Source of the DNA: Neoechinorhynchus agilis
Lineage: Eukaryota > Animalia > Acanthocephala
Length of the DNA stretch: 64,000 nucleotides
Assembly (NCBI GenBank): GCA_051530055.1
Contig: CM121342.1
Coordinates: forward strand, 8,006,691-8,070,690
Direction: 5' to 3'
The notes beneath the pieces were generated by a model. It saw only the letters and a list, made by a program, of their open reading frames with translations. It searched no databases and had not been told where the DNA came from. The position numbers and the translations under genes were made by a program. Of the stretch, positions 1 to 10,677 are shown piece after piece (the first letter of the stretch is position 1; each line of letters starts with the position of its first letter).

Positions 1-27
1 TTTCCTCTCACACTAAACTCCTCTTTT

Positions 28-690
28 ACACCGACGAAATCACCCTCATCACCCATTCACCACCTCTCCCTCTCCTTAACATCTAACGAAATCACAAACA
101 TAAAAGATTTCTGTACCAATCACAAGCTCCACCTGAATTTCTCTGAATGCTTCGAAATGATCCCCTCTCTCCCGCAACCCCACATCCTCCCCAGACCTAC
201 CAAATGAACGAGTAACCTCCCTAAGAATTATGGGTCTCCAATTTCAATCAAACTTGAAATGGGACTCGCATTTCACTCTCTCCCTCAAGCTCAATACCTT
301 TAAAATTTATCTCCTCAAATGCCATCAACATTTAGGAATCCCTTCACCCGATCTCCACAAATTTTACTTCTGCTTTATTTTACCACCCCTATCTCACGGT
401 TACCCCGTATTTTGCAACCTATCCAAATCTTAAATCCGTCATCTTGAAATGTTTCATAAAAGAGTATCTAAAAGTTGCACAACTTTTTCCCCCACTCACC
501 GAATGCCTTGATGCTATTTTCATAAAACAATCAAAACGCCTCTCAACCATACCACCTCAATTTCTACAACACATCTTCCCCTTTTCACATGAGCACAACA
601 CTTGTAATCCTAATTCGTTTCATTATCCCTGTACCTACGCTCCTTTTTCCATGCTACCCAATCTTCTCGGATATCAGTACTTGAAATGAT
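28..690 (+). mobile_element. Decayed non-LTR retrotransposon (L2/CR1-like) RT C-terminal fragment
   Basis: Translates to YTDEITL (degenerate YADD), ...LHLNFSECFEM and GLQFQSNLKWDSH...IYLLK...FYFCFILPPLSHGYPVF, with frameshifts. C-rich, and similar to the fragment at 29946-30800. Confidence 0.75.
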
Positions 691-1207
691 TCTGAAGAAA
701 GACCAACCTTACAAGCGCTCACTGCAAGAAATAAACACCAATTCCCACCAGAACGGACCTTCCAACCTAACCGGATATTCTCAAACGAACGGACACATTC
801 TCACCCGAACGAACCTCCCCCGACTGGATAGTTCCCATCCGAATAGGAATCCCTCTGACCACCTCCAGAACGGGCATCCCTCGATTGGATATTCCCATCC
901 TAACGGGTACGTTTTTTGGAACAACTGTGAACTCGAGTGCTTATGAGGACCCAAAGTTACATGGGTACTATTCTGTATTTTTTAGCGATAAACGTGCTAT
1001 TATTATAAATTTATAACAACGTTGTCTACTGGGATTATTTAAGGTTTACGTTCATCGGTATAACCTTCATCAATATTCTAAAACCTTCTCTTCGACAACA
1101 AAAAGGGAACAAACATTTAAGCTAAAAATCCACTTACCTTTTTAACTAATTCACCACGAGTTCGTCCTTACAACCTTTAGCGTTCATGCTCATTTATTTA
1201 AAGCATT

Positions 1208-3599
1208 TTAAGATATGTTTAACTTGTATCTAGCGAGCTTGGCAAGATTTAGCATTTCCGCTTGATTAACTTGGCCTTTATTTGTATCTACTCGTGTTGC
1301 ACTTCTGGACCGTTGTTTTGATCCGCCGCCTCCGCCAGCACTACCAGAAGGACTTTGAGTTCGAATGGTTTGGGGTGAAGGTGGCCGGTCGCCGGATTGT
1401 TTTAGCAACCAGTTTTGAATACTAGCCAAGTAGTTCTGTTGCATTCCAATAACCGATCCAGGTCTGCAAATTCGACACCATGCAATCGCCTGAGGAGCTG
1501 TAATCTTGTATTTCCATATCAGATACGCACATATCAGAGTTCCAGTTCGTCCTAAACCGGCCTTACAATGGATTGCTAATGCTCCTTTCTCTTCGTGGCA
1601 AATCTTTAGGAATTTGCATACGATATCGTTAGTAGGCGCTGATCCATCTCTGAATAGCATGTCGTAGTGCTTAATGCCATTCTCGGTAAACACTGATTTC
1701 GAATAAGTCTTGGGACTGTTTAGTCTATCGAAATCGTAACTAAGTCAAAGACCGAAAAAAGGTTCTGAAGAAATTTAACAAATATATCCCAAAGCTATAA
1801 AGAAGTTTCCTAGTGTTGTAGTGATCATAATTCCGGATAGAAAAAAATTTCGTTTTCCCAGTTCATTTCCAAAGCCAAAGATCTTTTTTCTGGTGTATTT
1901 CGCGAGGGAAACCTTCCTCTTTCGATATGTCTCAATTCAAAATATACTTTATCCGCGAGGAAATGATAATCACCACGCATTTCCAGCCTTTTTAAAGTTT
2001 CCGTGCTTTTATCACTTGAAAACTATATCCACTATCAAAAAGGGTAGCTATAATGCACCTCCATGAGTCAAACCCATAGTTACGATCGTCCGTAACGACA
2101 GCCGAGACATTCCATTCCTTAAAGATTGGCACATATTTCTCGGGAGGATGAGCGTACATTGCAGTTGAAGTGAAAGATTTGTTATAAGGACCGGCGAACG
2201 CAATGATCTTATTGGGCACAATCCATGAAATGTCGCCATTTTCAACTTTAAAATAATGATCATATTCTTGAATGCTAAACTCATCAAGTGTAGGCATGAG
2301 TCCGACCTCCTTAGCCTTAGCTACAGCTTTAAGAACACTTAATAGACTCAATCGCTTTGAATCAGTTGAATTCGATGCGTCTTTAAAGTGAAGAAAGGAA
2401 TGCCCCCCAGCGCAGCCCCGTAATCGTTCGTATATACATCTCGGATCTACACCGAGCATATATATGGCATATGATCCTATCAAAAATGCCGCATTAGTCC
2501 GCTTGGCTTTGTCCATTCTTGTGCAATGGTATATGATGTTATCTTGGTTCTCCTAAAAACATCAAAAAAGAAATCATTGAATTTCATTATCGATTTTAGA
2601 TCTTTTAGTGCTTATTTTTTGGCCTGTTAATTAAACAATGCAAAAAATTTGCAAAGGTTCGATTCTTAGAGTAACGAATAATTTGAATCGTTCTCTCAGA
2701 AAATAACTACCAAACCGGACGAACATTGATTTTACTCATAGTAATCATTTCTGTAGTTTGAATCTCTTCTTTCTGCACCAATAGAAAACAAACTACAATG
2801 TAATTTCGGACCTCTTTCGACATTGAGACAATTGATTGAGTCGAAACAAGTAGAATTTTTGACCTTGGAAAATGGTTGGTCGCGCCACAGGGCAATGAAC
2901 TATTTCTTTTATAAGGGAGTGCAGGATGCTCAAGGCAATAGAGGATAAAGATATTCTCCCGGTTCCCATCGGGACGTGGTATAAAACTCCTCAAAATAAA
3001 CTTTATAGCAAAAATGATTTTTTGGATTAAGCATTAACACCCAAGTGCTTTTGCTTATTTTACCGAAATCGTTCCTTTAACATACGGTATAGGACGATCA
3101 CTTTGGGTCCATAGTGAATTTGTAGACAGAGTTAAAAGTAGATTAAATCGTTGCATCAATTTTTAGCACCTTAAAAAGTTTAATTGTCTAAAACTAGGGC
3201 ACTCATTAGTCAACAGTAAGGCCTTTCCAAAAATAGTTAACTTACATTTAACAATTTTTGTACTTTTTCGATGTATCGGTACAAATCTGCCAAACAAAGC
3301 GGTCCGGTATCTAAAAAATAACTACATTCTTAAATAGATATTTTTGTTAAAATCAAATTCTGTCTAACCCAATATATCTGTATTCGTCATCCGTACTGAA
3401 GCAACAATACTTTGTTTCGCTTCCACTTTTAATCCAACGTTCAATACCGATTGGCTCGTATTTACCGATGTAAAAATATAATTTATCTTTTTGTTAGAAT
3501 TTGAATATGATTTTAGAACAAACCATAATAATCACCTTTAATTATTGGAACTGCTTTTTCCAAGGTCTTTTCAACTGACGTACTGCTCTCAAGAGACAT
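1208..3599 (-). CDS. CDC14: CDC14-family dual-specificity phosphatase (multi-exon)
   Basis: Exons give DKLYF, FSTDDEYRYIGYFLDTGPLCLADLYRY, KRTNAAFLIGSY, YDHYFKVENGDISWIVPNKIIAFAGP, FRDGSAP and the catalytic HCKAGLGRTG. ATG at 3599, stop at 1208. One junction is interrupted by the insertion at 1728-2092. Confidence 0.93.
1728..2092. mobile_element. MITE-like insertion in CDC14 coding sequence
   Basis: TA at 1726-1727 and 2093-2094. Imperfect TIRs share ATCGTAACTA-N7-GAC. Removing the element plus one TA restores VVRLN in frame. Confidence 0.7.
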
Positions 3600-4703
3600 T
3601 TCTAAAATCCTTAAGTAAGCTATATAAACGTTGTTTTTTTTTGAGAAAAAAGCTTTAAATATACATGTATATCGGCAATTCTAAGAGAAAATCCCCTTTT
3701 TCTAAGATGGTTTCGATCGACAGGTTGACCAAAATTTAGCCGATACTCCTGTTTAAAGATCTATTGATAAATTCGAGAATAATTTGTGTGTTAATACTCT
3801 CGATTCATGCACTTGCTTTTAAATTAAAAAAAGAACATTAGTGGAAAATCTTCAGGACTGAATTTTAGATAAAATTTATTTCTAAAAGAAATAATGGATT
3901 CCACTTTCCGACGAATTCTTTTTATTCTACCCGTGACTCGGAACAAAAACTTGGCATATGCATTTTACGCCCTTGTTCAAAATGAGTGTCGATAAACCCG
4001 CTGAATGGCACAATTAATTTCGCCAAAAAAACCACGATGTATTTCTATAAGATATACAAAATTAACCACCGACGAAAAAAGACCACAAAACACATTACAA
4101 GTACAAAAGCTCACCTTCGTGTATGTCCTAAGAGATAATATCCATGAGTACGAGCACAAACGAAAAAATAGTGAGGGTCGTTGAAATCGAGTTTTGATTC
4201 GATTTGAGATAAATAGAAGAAGATTCACATGGCATAAGACAGTGAGTGGGGTATACCTCACAGACATCCTAATTATTCGCTCGTCAACAAAAGGATTATA
4301 TTTTTCCCGATTCTAATAGTATTTATCATTTACTTGTACTCGTTGCATCAATCACGACCAAGCTCGCCGAAGGTCCTATGGTCGTCGGTCGCTTCCTTCA
4401 TCCGATATCAGTGCAAATCCTTTTTGATTTTAAAATTTTAAAGTCATTCTGTAACACGTTCAAGTGTCCAAGTTTCAAAGACTACTTTTTGAAGCAATCG
4501 AAAACAGTATGCTCATCATTTGACCAAAACCGAATGTTCATCTAAATAAAGATCTTCAAATTTTCAGATTAAATTCTGCGTTTTTTTCTCGCGTAATAAT
4601 CATCCTTAATACTTCTTAAATGTCAATATTAAAAAGACGCAAATGTTAAGGCAGTGAGTGGGGAACACATAAAAATATAGATTTTTATACTTCCTCCGAC
4701 TAT

Positions 4704-6072
4704 TCATGGGTTTTTCCGAATTGTACGCTCAAAGGCTTCATTATTTCTTTATATCTCTTCAGAAACGCATCCCGCTTTTTTGGCACCACCTTCATTGCAG
4801 CCAAACATGCTTCGGCGTTTCCAAGCATACAGGCTCGCTCGACATAGTCATCGGAAGTCATTGAACTTTCCTTTGGCTCAATGTGATTTTTGTTTTTAAA
4901 TATATTAGGAATCAGAATTTCTCATAAAAATGAGTAAAACCGAATTTTTTTAAGATGATTTAAAACCGAATGCAATTTAAGAAACCGCGTCTATGTGCCA
5001 CAAACTCTTTTATTTTCATAAACCGATATAATTTTAATTTTTGGTGACTTCATCAGCGCCTCTAAAATTTCAATTCTTGATACGATTTAAAAATTAATAA
5101 TACGATAAGTGTTTATATCAACCTTTTTAAAGTTCTAGATTCAAAAACCATAGATAATCCATAAAGAGATTCGGGTATTTCCATTGAACAAAGCAATGCG
5201 TATTATCAACAGCAACAATGTAGGCTTGTTAAAAGTAATTAAAAATCCTTTTGCCAACATACAACGAGCATCTAAGAAGAAATATTTCAACATAATTTTA
5301 GAACGCTATAAATTTTAAAGCAACAAATCTAACGTTACTTAGACTTAAATTAAGTAATCGGATGTAAATTTCATTAATAGAAAAAACCTATTCGAAAGTA
5401 TATTTGGCTAAATCATTTAATCTCTATGGAAATTTTATCTTAGCGTTCGTTTTTCTTCCTCGAGAAAGTAACTTTTAAGAAATAAAATATTGGTTTTCTC
5501 GCAAGATAGACTCAAGTAACTGAATATCCCTAAAAATTTACGAGAACTTCTGATATAAAACACGCATCTGCAAGCCCGAGATCACAACAAGCCTTCTTCA
5601 TCGCCAAACTGCCACTTTCGTCGCGATTGTTCATAAACTCCGACATTGCAAAATTAAAACAAGACGGTCCGTCAGAGTATTCGCAACCGAGCTTAAAATA
5701 GTCTCTTGCCGCCACCTGATCTTCTTTAGGTCACACATCCTCGAGCTCATTCGAGGATATGAGATTCACATGCTCGTCCGACTGATTTATTGACTCCGGC
5801 ACGGTAACAACTTCGACCGTACTTTCTTAAGTTGCAATTATCTTCGAAAACTGCTAAGGATGAACTGAATTTACGTCTATAAAGTTGATAGAAGGTACCG
5901 AGATCATGACAAACTATTTAAGACAATATGTTAAATAAACGCAGAATCAATGGGACGGAATACCTTCTGGAACGCCTTTTTTGAAACAATTGTACTCATA
6001 TTCGATCTGAATTCGGTCCAAATATTTCATTACATCTTCGTTGGTCTTCCATTCGCCACCGGTTTCTGACAT
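4704..6072 (-). CDS. COA7: Cytochrome c oxidase assembly factor 7 / SELRC1 (Sel1-like repeats), multi-exon
   Basis: EDVMKYLDRIQIEYEYNCFKKGVPEG|VCHDLG...FEDNC...SCYRAG, AARDYFKLGC, ERACMLGNAEAC...VQFG* match the COA7 pattern. Internal exon boundaries are only partly resolved. Confidence 0.8.
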
Positions 6073-7352
6073 CTCAAAGCATGTAATTATTAGTGGGCTT
6101 AGAGAACAATGATTTCCGCATTCTAAAAACCATTTCTCAAAAAACGAGGGATGCTCAACATTGCAGTATTTTCTTTTGGTAGCCACATATCTTTATGGAA
6201 AAAATAAAAAAAGTACAAAGTATGTAAGATGTTTATTGGCATCATTTGAATACTTTACAAATGGCTTCCTACCATTTTCTGAGTATTCTTTGCTTTCCTG
6301 ACGGTTAATCCGTTTTACAGATTAAAATTGACCAATTAATTTCCGATATTTCACGTCCGATATTTGAAAGTAAACGAATGTTATACTCGAGTGCCTGAAA
6401 TTCCAATAGAAAATTTTTTTTGTGGTTTATTCCACACTTTCGAAACTTTAATTATGTTCTAAGCAAAAAAAAGACTTCGGCGGAGAACTAAGGATCTGAA
6501 TTTATTTAAAAGCTTAAAACTTTACGTACTAAGATTGCTTTCGAAGTCAAATTAAAACTTTTTCTAGAAATAAACTATCTAATAAACGCCCGTGATCAAA
6601 AATTCCGATTTGGATGTTATACCACTCCTTTCGGATTTAAATTAAATAATTTATTTCCGATGTTTGACTTCGAAAAATTCCGACCATGAAATCCCATTAT
6701 TTCTTACTAGCCGTTTTATTCGGCGTTTCCCAGGAGTGACTTTGACCAATTTTTACATTTTGTTGTGTGCTTAAAAAAGACAACACGCCACCGAAAAATC
6801 TAACTGTTCGTCTTTCATTTCAAAATTTATTTGTACTTAATGGAAGAGTTTGAACATATCTCCAAACCGGCGAAGCCTTCAGTCGAGCATTCATTTCGTC
6901 CACCATTGTTGACCCAAAATAAAGACTAAACAAATAAACAAATTAAAAAGAATTCGGATATTAAGTTAGCAACAAATATTTTATTGTTTTTATATGGCGG
7001 TATCGAATTCAATGAATTACTTTAATATTTCCGCCAGATGCAAAAACATGAATAATTTAATATTCGAACAAACATTTTGGGCATTTTTATGAAGTTGATT
7101 CGTATCTATGTTTGTGATTATTAGTAAAATATTTTAAGGTTGATCGGTCTTTCAATGAATCGTTTGATGTAAAAAGAAAAAATCACTCGAAAAGGATTAC
7201 GAGTAATTTAGTTGGTTTTTTCAGCGCCATACAAAAAACGCACACGTTAAATTCAAGAATTAGTTTGAATTTCTACAGTATTATTGTTATGGGTTGCTGA
7301 TGAGCAATACTTTACCCACTCTTTTCGGGGCCTAAAACAATTGTGAGAGCGA

Positions 7353-8406
7353 TCAAGAGTTAGATTGAACGAACCATGTACTATTGGCCAAGTTAACAGC
7401 TTCGTCAATAACATTGGTAATCTCAGCTGCACGAGGAAAAGACATTTGAAGAAGTTCGTTAATCTAAACAAAGACATTAAAAATATCGTATATGGTTCTA
7501 TATTGAAATTTATTGCCTTCGTTGGTAGAGTTTCACATTTTCCAATATGGTTATAGGCGATTATTTGCGAGTTCTCCGTTACGATGAGAATGCTTAGTCC
7601 GAGCGAGGACTTCTCTTCCATATAAGAAGGATCGATAATTTCACATTTCCTATTCTCGTTTACGTTGATGGAACTTTTCTCGTTTAAATAAAAACTTACT
7701 CATTGTTCATGACGGCGTAGACGACCGCGACGGGTTTCGAGATTATTTGTATACATTCCGGTTGCCGTTCATTAAATGGAACAATTCTAATCTTATCACC
7801 TTCCTGAATCTCCACATGATTTCGCCTTGCTGTACGAATCGATGCCATCATCGCCAAATTAGCACATGAAAATACATTTCCATCGTTGTTAAGAACTTCA
7901 ACCATTATCCTCAACTCCCAACACCATTTCCCATGTCTAATGATCAAACTCTCAACGTCAACAATCGATTTCCGAGCCGTTTCGTCCAATTGCCGTCGAA
8001 GCATTTGATAAATCTGACCGTATCTGTTTGTTTTTGTTCAATTATTATGAAAAAAAGAAGAGAACAACGCTAACCGTCCAGATTCAAAATAAGGAGCGGA
8101 CATTGTTGAGAATGATAGCCGGACCGTTATTTTACCCATTTGAGGACGAAAAGGATGGGGCACTGTTGGAACGCAATCAGTCTTTGCCAATACGCGGGTT
8201 CTTCCCAGCGAAACCAGAACGGTTCCAGGCTGAATTCCGAACTCGAAACTCATCGATCGATGCTCACCAATACCGCGTCCATCGAATCGCTGTTCAAATG
8301 GAAAAACACGAAAGTTACCAGTTGCGAACGAACCGTGAAAACTTACTAAATTTAACAATGCCGCGTTCGATACTGCAATTTTCTCCTCATTTGATATCAA
8401 ATTCAT
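7353..8406 (-). CDS. EXOSC9: Exosome complex component RRP45 (RNase PH family), multi-exon
   Basis: SNEEK, RFDGR, VSLGRTRVL, SAPYFESGR, VLNNDGNVF, DPSYMEE, RAAEIT. The last intron appears to be GC-AG (7464-7516). Confidence 0.88.
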
Positions 8407-8578
8407 TGTTTTTTGTACAAGGAAAATGACACGTTTTCAATCGCAAAACCAGTGACGTATTACTTTGCCGGAAGAAACGTATTCCAGCGTCCAAAATTGT
8501 CCGAACTTGGTTATTTTATATTCTTTTTGGAGGTCAAATTCGTTGTTTTTTGTACAAGGAAAATGACACGTTTTCAAT
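8406..8578. repeat. 36-bp perfect direct repeat, 137-bp spacing, immediately upstream of the EXOSC9 start
   Basis: TTGTTTTTTGTACAAGGAAAATGACACGTTTTCAAT at 8406-8441 and 8543-8578. Confidence 0.9.
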
Positions 8579-8639
8579 GGCGAATACAAATGATTGTTTT
8601 TTAAACGTTTATTTTAAAACCCTTCAGATTCGACTCAAT

Positions 8640-9617
8640 TTAATTCGAGAAATCTTCCAATGTCATTCCTAAGCTGCTGAAAAGGTCACAAAAACGACAA
8701 TTCACTGCATTGCACTGATCAAACAATTCTGGGATCGGCATTTTTACGTCGTTCTGATTGAATGGGTTTAACTCGGTTGTTTTCGTTTGATCAGAAACAT
8801 TGAATCGCTCAATCGATGACATTACATGATAGCAATCAATATTTCCAAGAATGAAATCCAGTTCTTCCTCTCGATCTTTCCATTTCCTCGTTAACTCAAC
8901 CGACTCTTCTCGAATTGTGATTGGTTCATCGTTTTTCGTCGCACTTTCATTTTCCTGTGTTTTGATTGGCTGCGTCTCATTGACATTGTTCGAATGTTCC
9001 TCCTTTCCAATGAAATTTTCTGTATCATTCGTTCGTCTAGCAGCACGCACAGCGTTCAAATACCTTTTACAAAACGAGTTATTCATTTTTGCGTTCAAGT
9101 CAAAATGCATTGGTTTATTGTTTAGAATCGGTAAATTTTTATAAATTTTCCTTGTTTTTTGTCGCAATCGTTCGTGCAAATCTTTAAACCGTTTCAACTG
9201 TAATTCATATTCTTTTAAGAGCAGTTCTCTTTCCTGAGGCCGAGGCGCTTTCTTTTGTCCTCTAAAATCCGAAATATTCAACCGTACAACTGCTTCCTGA
9301 GCATACATCTTAAGTGGTCTTAAAATCGCTTCTATAATACTCTTCCTCGTTTCATTTGCTTTTCTTAAATTCTCTCCACTGTTTTTTCGCATTTTTCGAT
9401 CATTATACTTGATTATGCTCATACAAACTCGATTGTTGTTATCTATACTATTCAAAAATATTGATTTAACTCTTGATAGCAAAGTTGAATCGTTACTCTC
9501 GGACGTATTAATGATATCGTTTAGCCGCTTACATAATGCTTCACATGTCGCTTTTTTATTCAAACAAGGATATGCCTTAAATGAATTGTCTTCTACAATC
9601 CTACACTGATCAGACAT
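8640..9617 (-). CDS. Uninterrupted 325-aa ORF, no recognised homology
   Basis: ATG-initiated 978-bp ORF in AT-rich DNA. Charged, helical-looking middle and a Cys-containing C-terminus. Confidence 0.6.
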   Translation of the reverse strand: MSDQCRIVEDNSFKAYPCLNKKATCEALCKRLNDIINTSESNDSTLLSRVKSIFLNSIDNNNRVCMSIIKYNDRKMRKNSGENLRKANETRKSIIEAILRPLKMYAQEAVVRLNISDFRGQKKAPRPQERELLLKEYELQLKRFKDLHERLRQKTRKIYKNLPILNNKPMHFDLNAKMNNSFCKRYLNAVRAARRTNDTENFIGKEEHSNNVNETQPIKTQENESATKNDEPITIREESVELTRKWKDREEELDFILGNIDCYHVMSSIERFNVSDQTKTTELNPFNQNDVKMPIPELFDQCNAVNCRFCDLFSSLGMTLEDFSN

Positions 9618-9786
9618 TTTTTATGGTCCATTTTTTGATGAAAGACGTTAAAAAACTTAGTTTCCATGGTTATTTTGGAAACTAATACGATCCACAAAAC
9701 TTGCCATTTTTTTTATGTTTTTGTTCTCGCCCTTTCATCAATTTATTATGAAATTTTTAGCAGAATGCCGATGATATGTAAAGAGG

Positions 9787-9892
9787 TTGTTTAGAAGTCT
9801 TCATTCGGTAAATAACTTTTTATTTTAATAACAAACCGAAACGTATTTAATAAAAAAAGGATTTACTGGGTTACGACTTTAAACAATAATTC
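9787..9892. mobile_element. Internally deleted copy of hammerhead-bearing foldback family 1
   Basis: TTGTTTAGAAGTCTT...TAAATAA left arm and CCGAAACGTATTTAATAAA...ATTTACTGGG...TAAACAATAATTC right arm match 30939-31133 and 48216-48330. Confidence 0.7.
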
Positions 9893-9909
9893 CAACTACA
9901 TCAGAAATC

Positions 9910-9955
9910 TGACTGAAGACGTAAGGGAAATCCTCACGAAATATTTCATAATAAA
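9910..9955 (+). ncRNA. Candidate minimal type I hammerhead ribozyme (family 2)
   Basis: TGA-CTGAAGA-C-GTAAGG/gaaat/CCTCAC-GAAA-TA-T-T-TCA-t-AATAAA. Core boxes, stem II 5/6 bp, palindromic ATAT stem III, 3-bp stem I. Confidence 0.5.
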
Positions 9956-9987
9956 TTGATGAACGATTCATTGGTATACCACGCCAA

Positions 9988-10146
9988 CACTCCGGATTTA
10001 AGTTCACTAATTTATTACCAATATTTCACGACGGATAACTGCGACATTTCCTCAAAGTTTGTCATTGTTTGAAAGTTATTACATGTCGGAATTATCCGAG
10101 AGGTGAAATATCGGGGAAATAAATTAATGAACTTAAATCCGGAGTG
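9988..10146. repeat. Foldback element (about 60-bp imperfect inverted arms, 37-nt spacer), family 2
   Basis: CACTCCGGATTTAAGTTCA.TAATTTATT...ATATTTCAC...CGGATAA arms are inverted. They share GAAATAT...AATAAATT.ATGAAC with 9938-9964. Confidence 0.8.
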
Positions 10147-10417
10147 GCAAAACTAGTAAAAGAAAGTATATTCCCCCGAAGATAATAGTATTCGTGGCTC
10201 ATCGTTGAAAAGTCGATGTGTCTGGGTGAATTTCACTGGTCGTCTAAATTATTTTCATCTAACCAATTCAGTGTAATTAATTCAATACAATTAATTGAAC
10301 AGTCAGCCCACTTTTTGCTTATCATGTTTATTAGTCAAGAAAACGAGCCTATTAATTTCCGTAGATAGACTCAATTAAATAATGATGTATTAAATCAACA
10401 AGGAGAGTTCGGAAAAC

Positions 10418-10487
10418 ATTCACACCACCGTCTTTATGGATCATTCAGCTGCCGTCTTGGTGTAATGGTTGAAAGGACGGATGCAGC
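10418..10487. repeat. 70-bp dispersed repeat, inverted copy at 34543-34612
   Basis: 63/70 identity by manual alignment. Confidence 0.85.
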
Positions 10488-10677
10488 AGGAGGAATGCTC
10501 TTGATCTCGGATCGCCAGTGATTCGTCTCAATCTCTTTTCGGCAATCGATTCACGAGGTCCTGCGCCGCACTACTGTAGTGATTTACGTAGTGACGCAGA
10601 TGCCATGATTTGCATGGTGACGCAAATACACATGATATATATAGTGGTAGTGATAGCGTGCGAGGGGGACTCTGCTC

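Noticed and set aside
748-905. Degenerate ~60-bp repeats (GGATA.TTCCCATCC) after the first LINE fragment
   Set aside because: Only two or three weak copies; most likely LINE 3' UTR.
1028-1080. Minus-strand TTGATGA-A-GGT-TAT-ACC-GATGAACGTA resembling a decayed hammerhead
   Set aside because: C3 mutated, GAAA interrupted and stem II only 3 bp; cannot be separated from chance.
10457-10470. TGGTGTAATGGTT looks like a tRNA-Gln D-arm or A box
   Set aside because: No anticodon or T arm follows, and the second copy reads TGGTGTAACGGCC.
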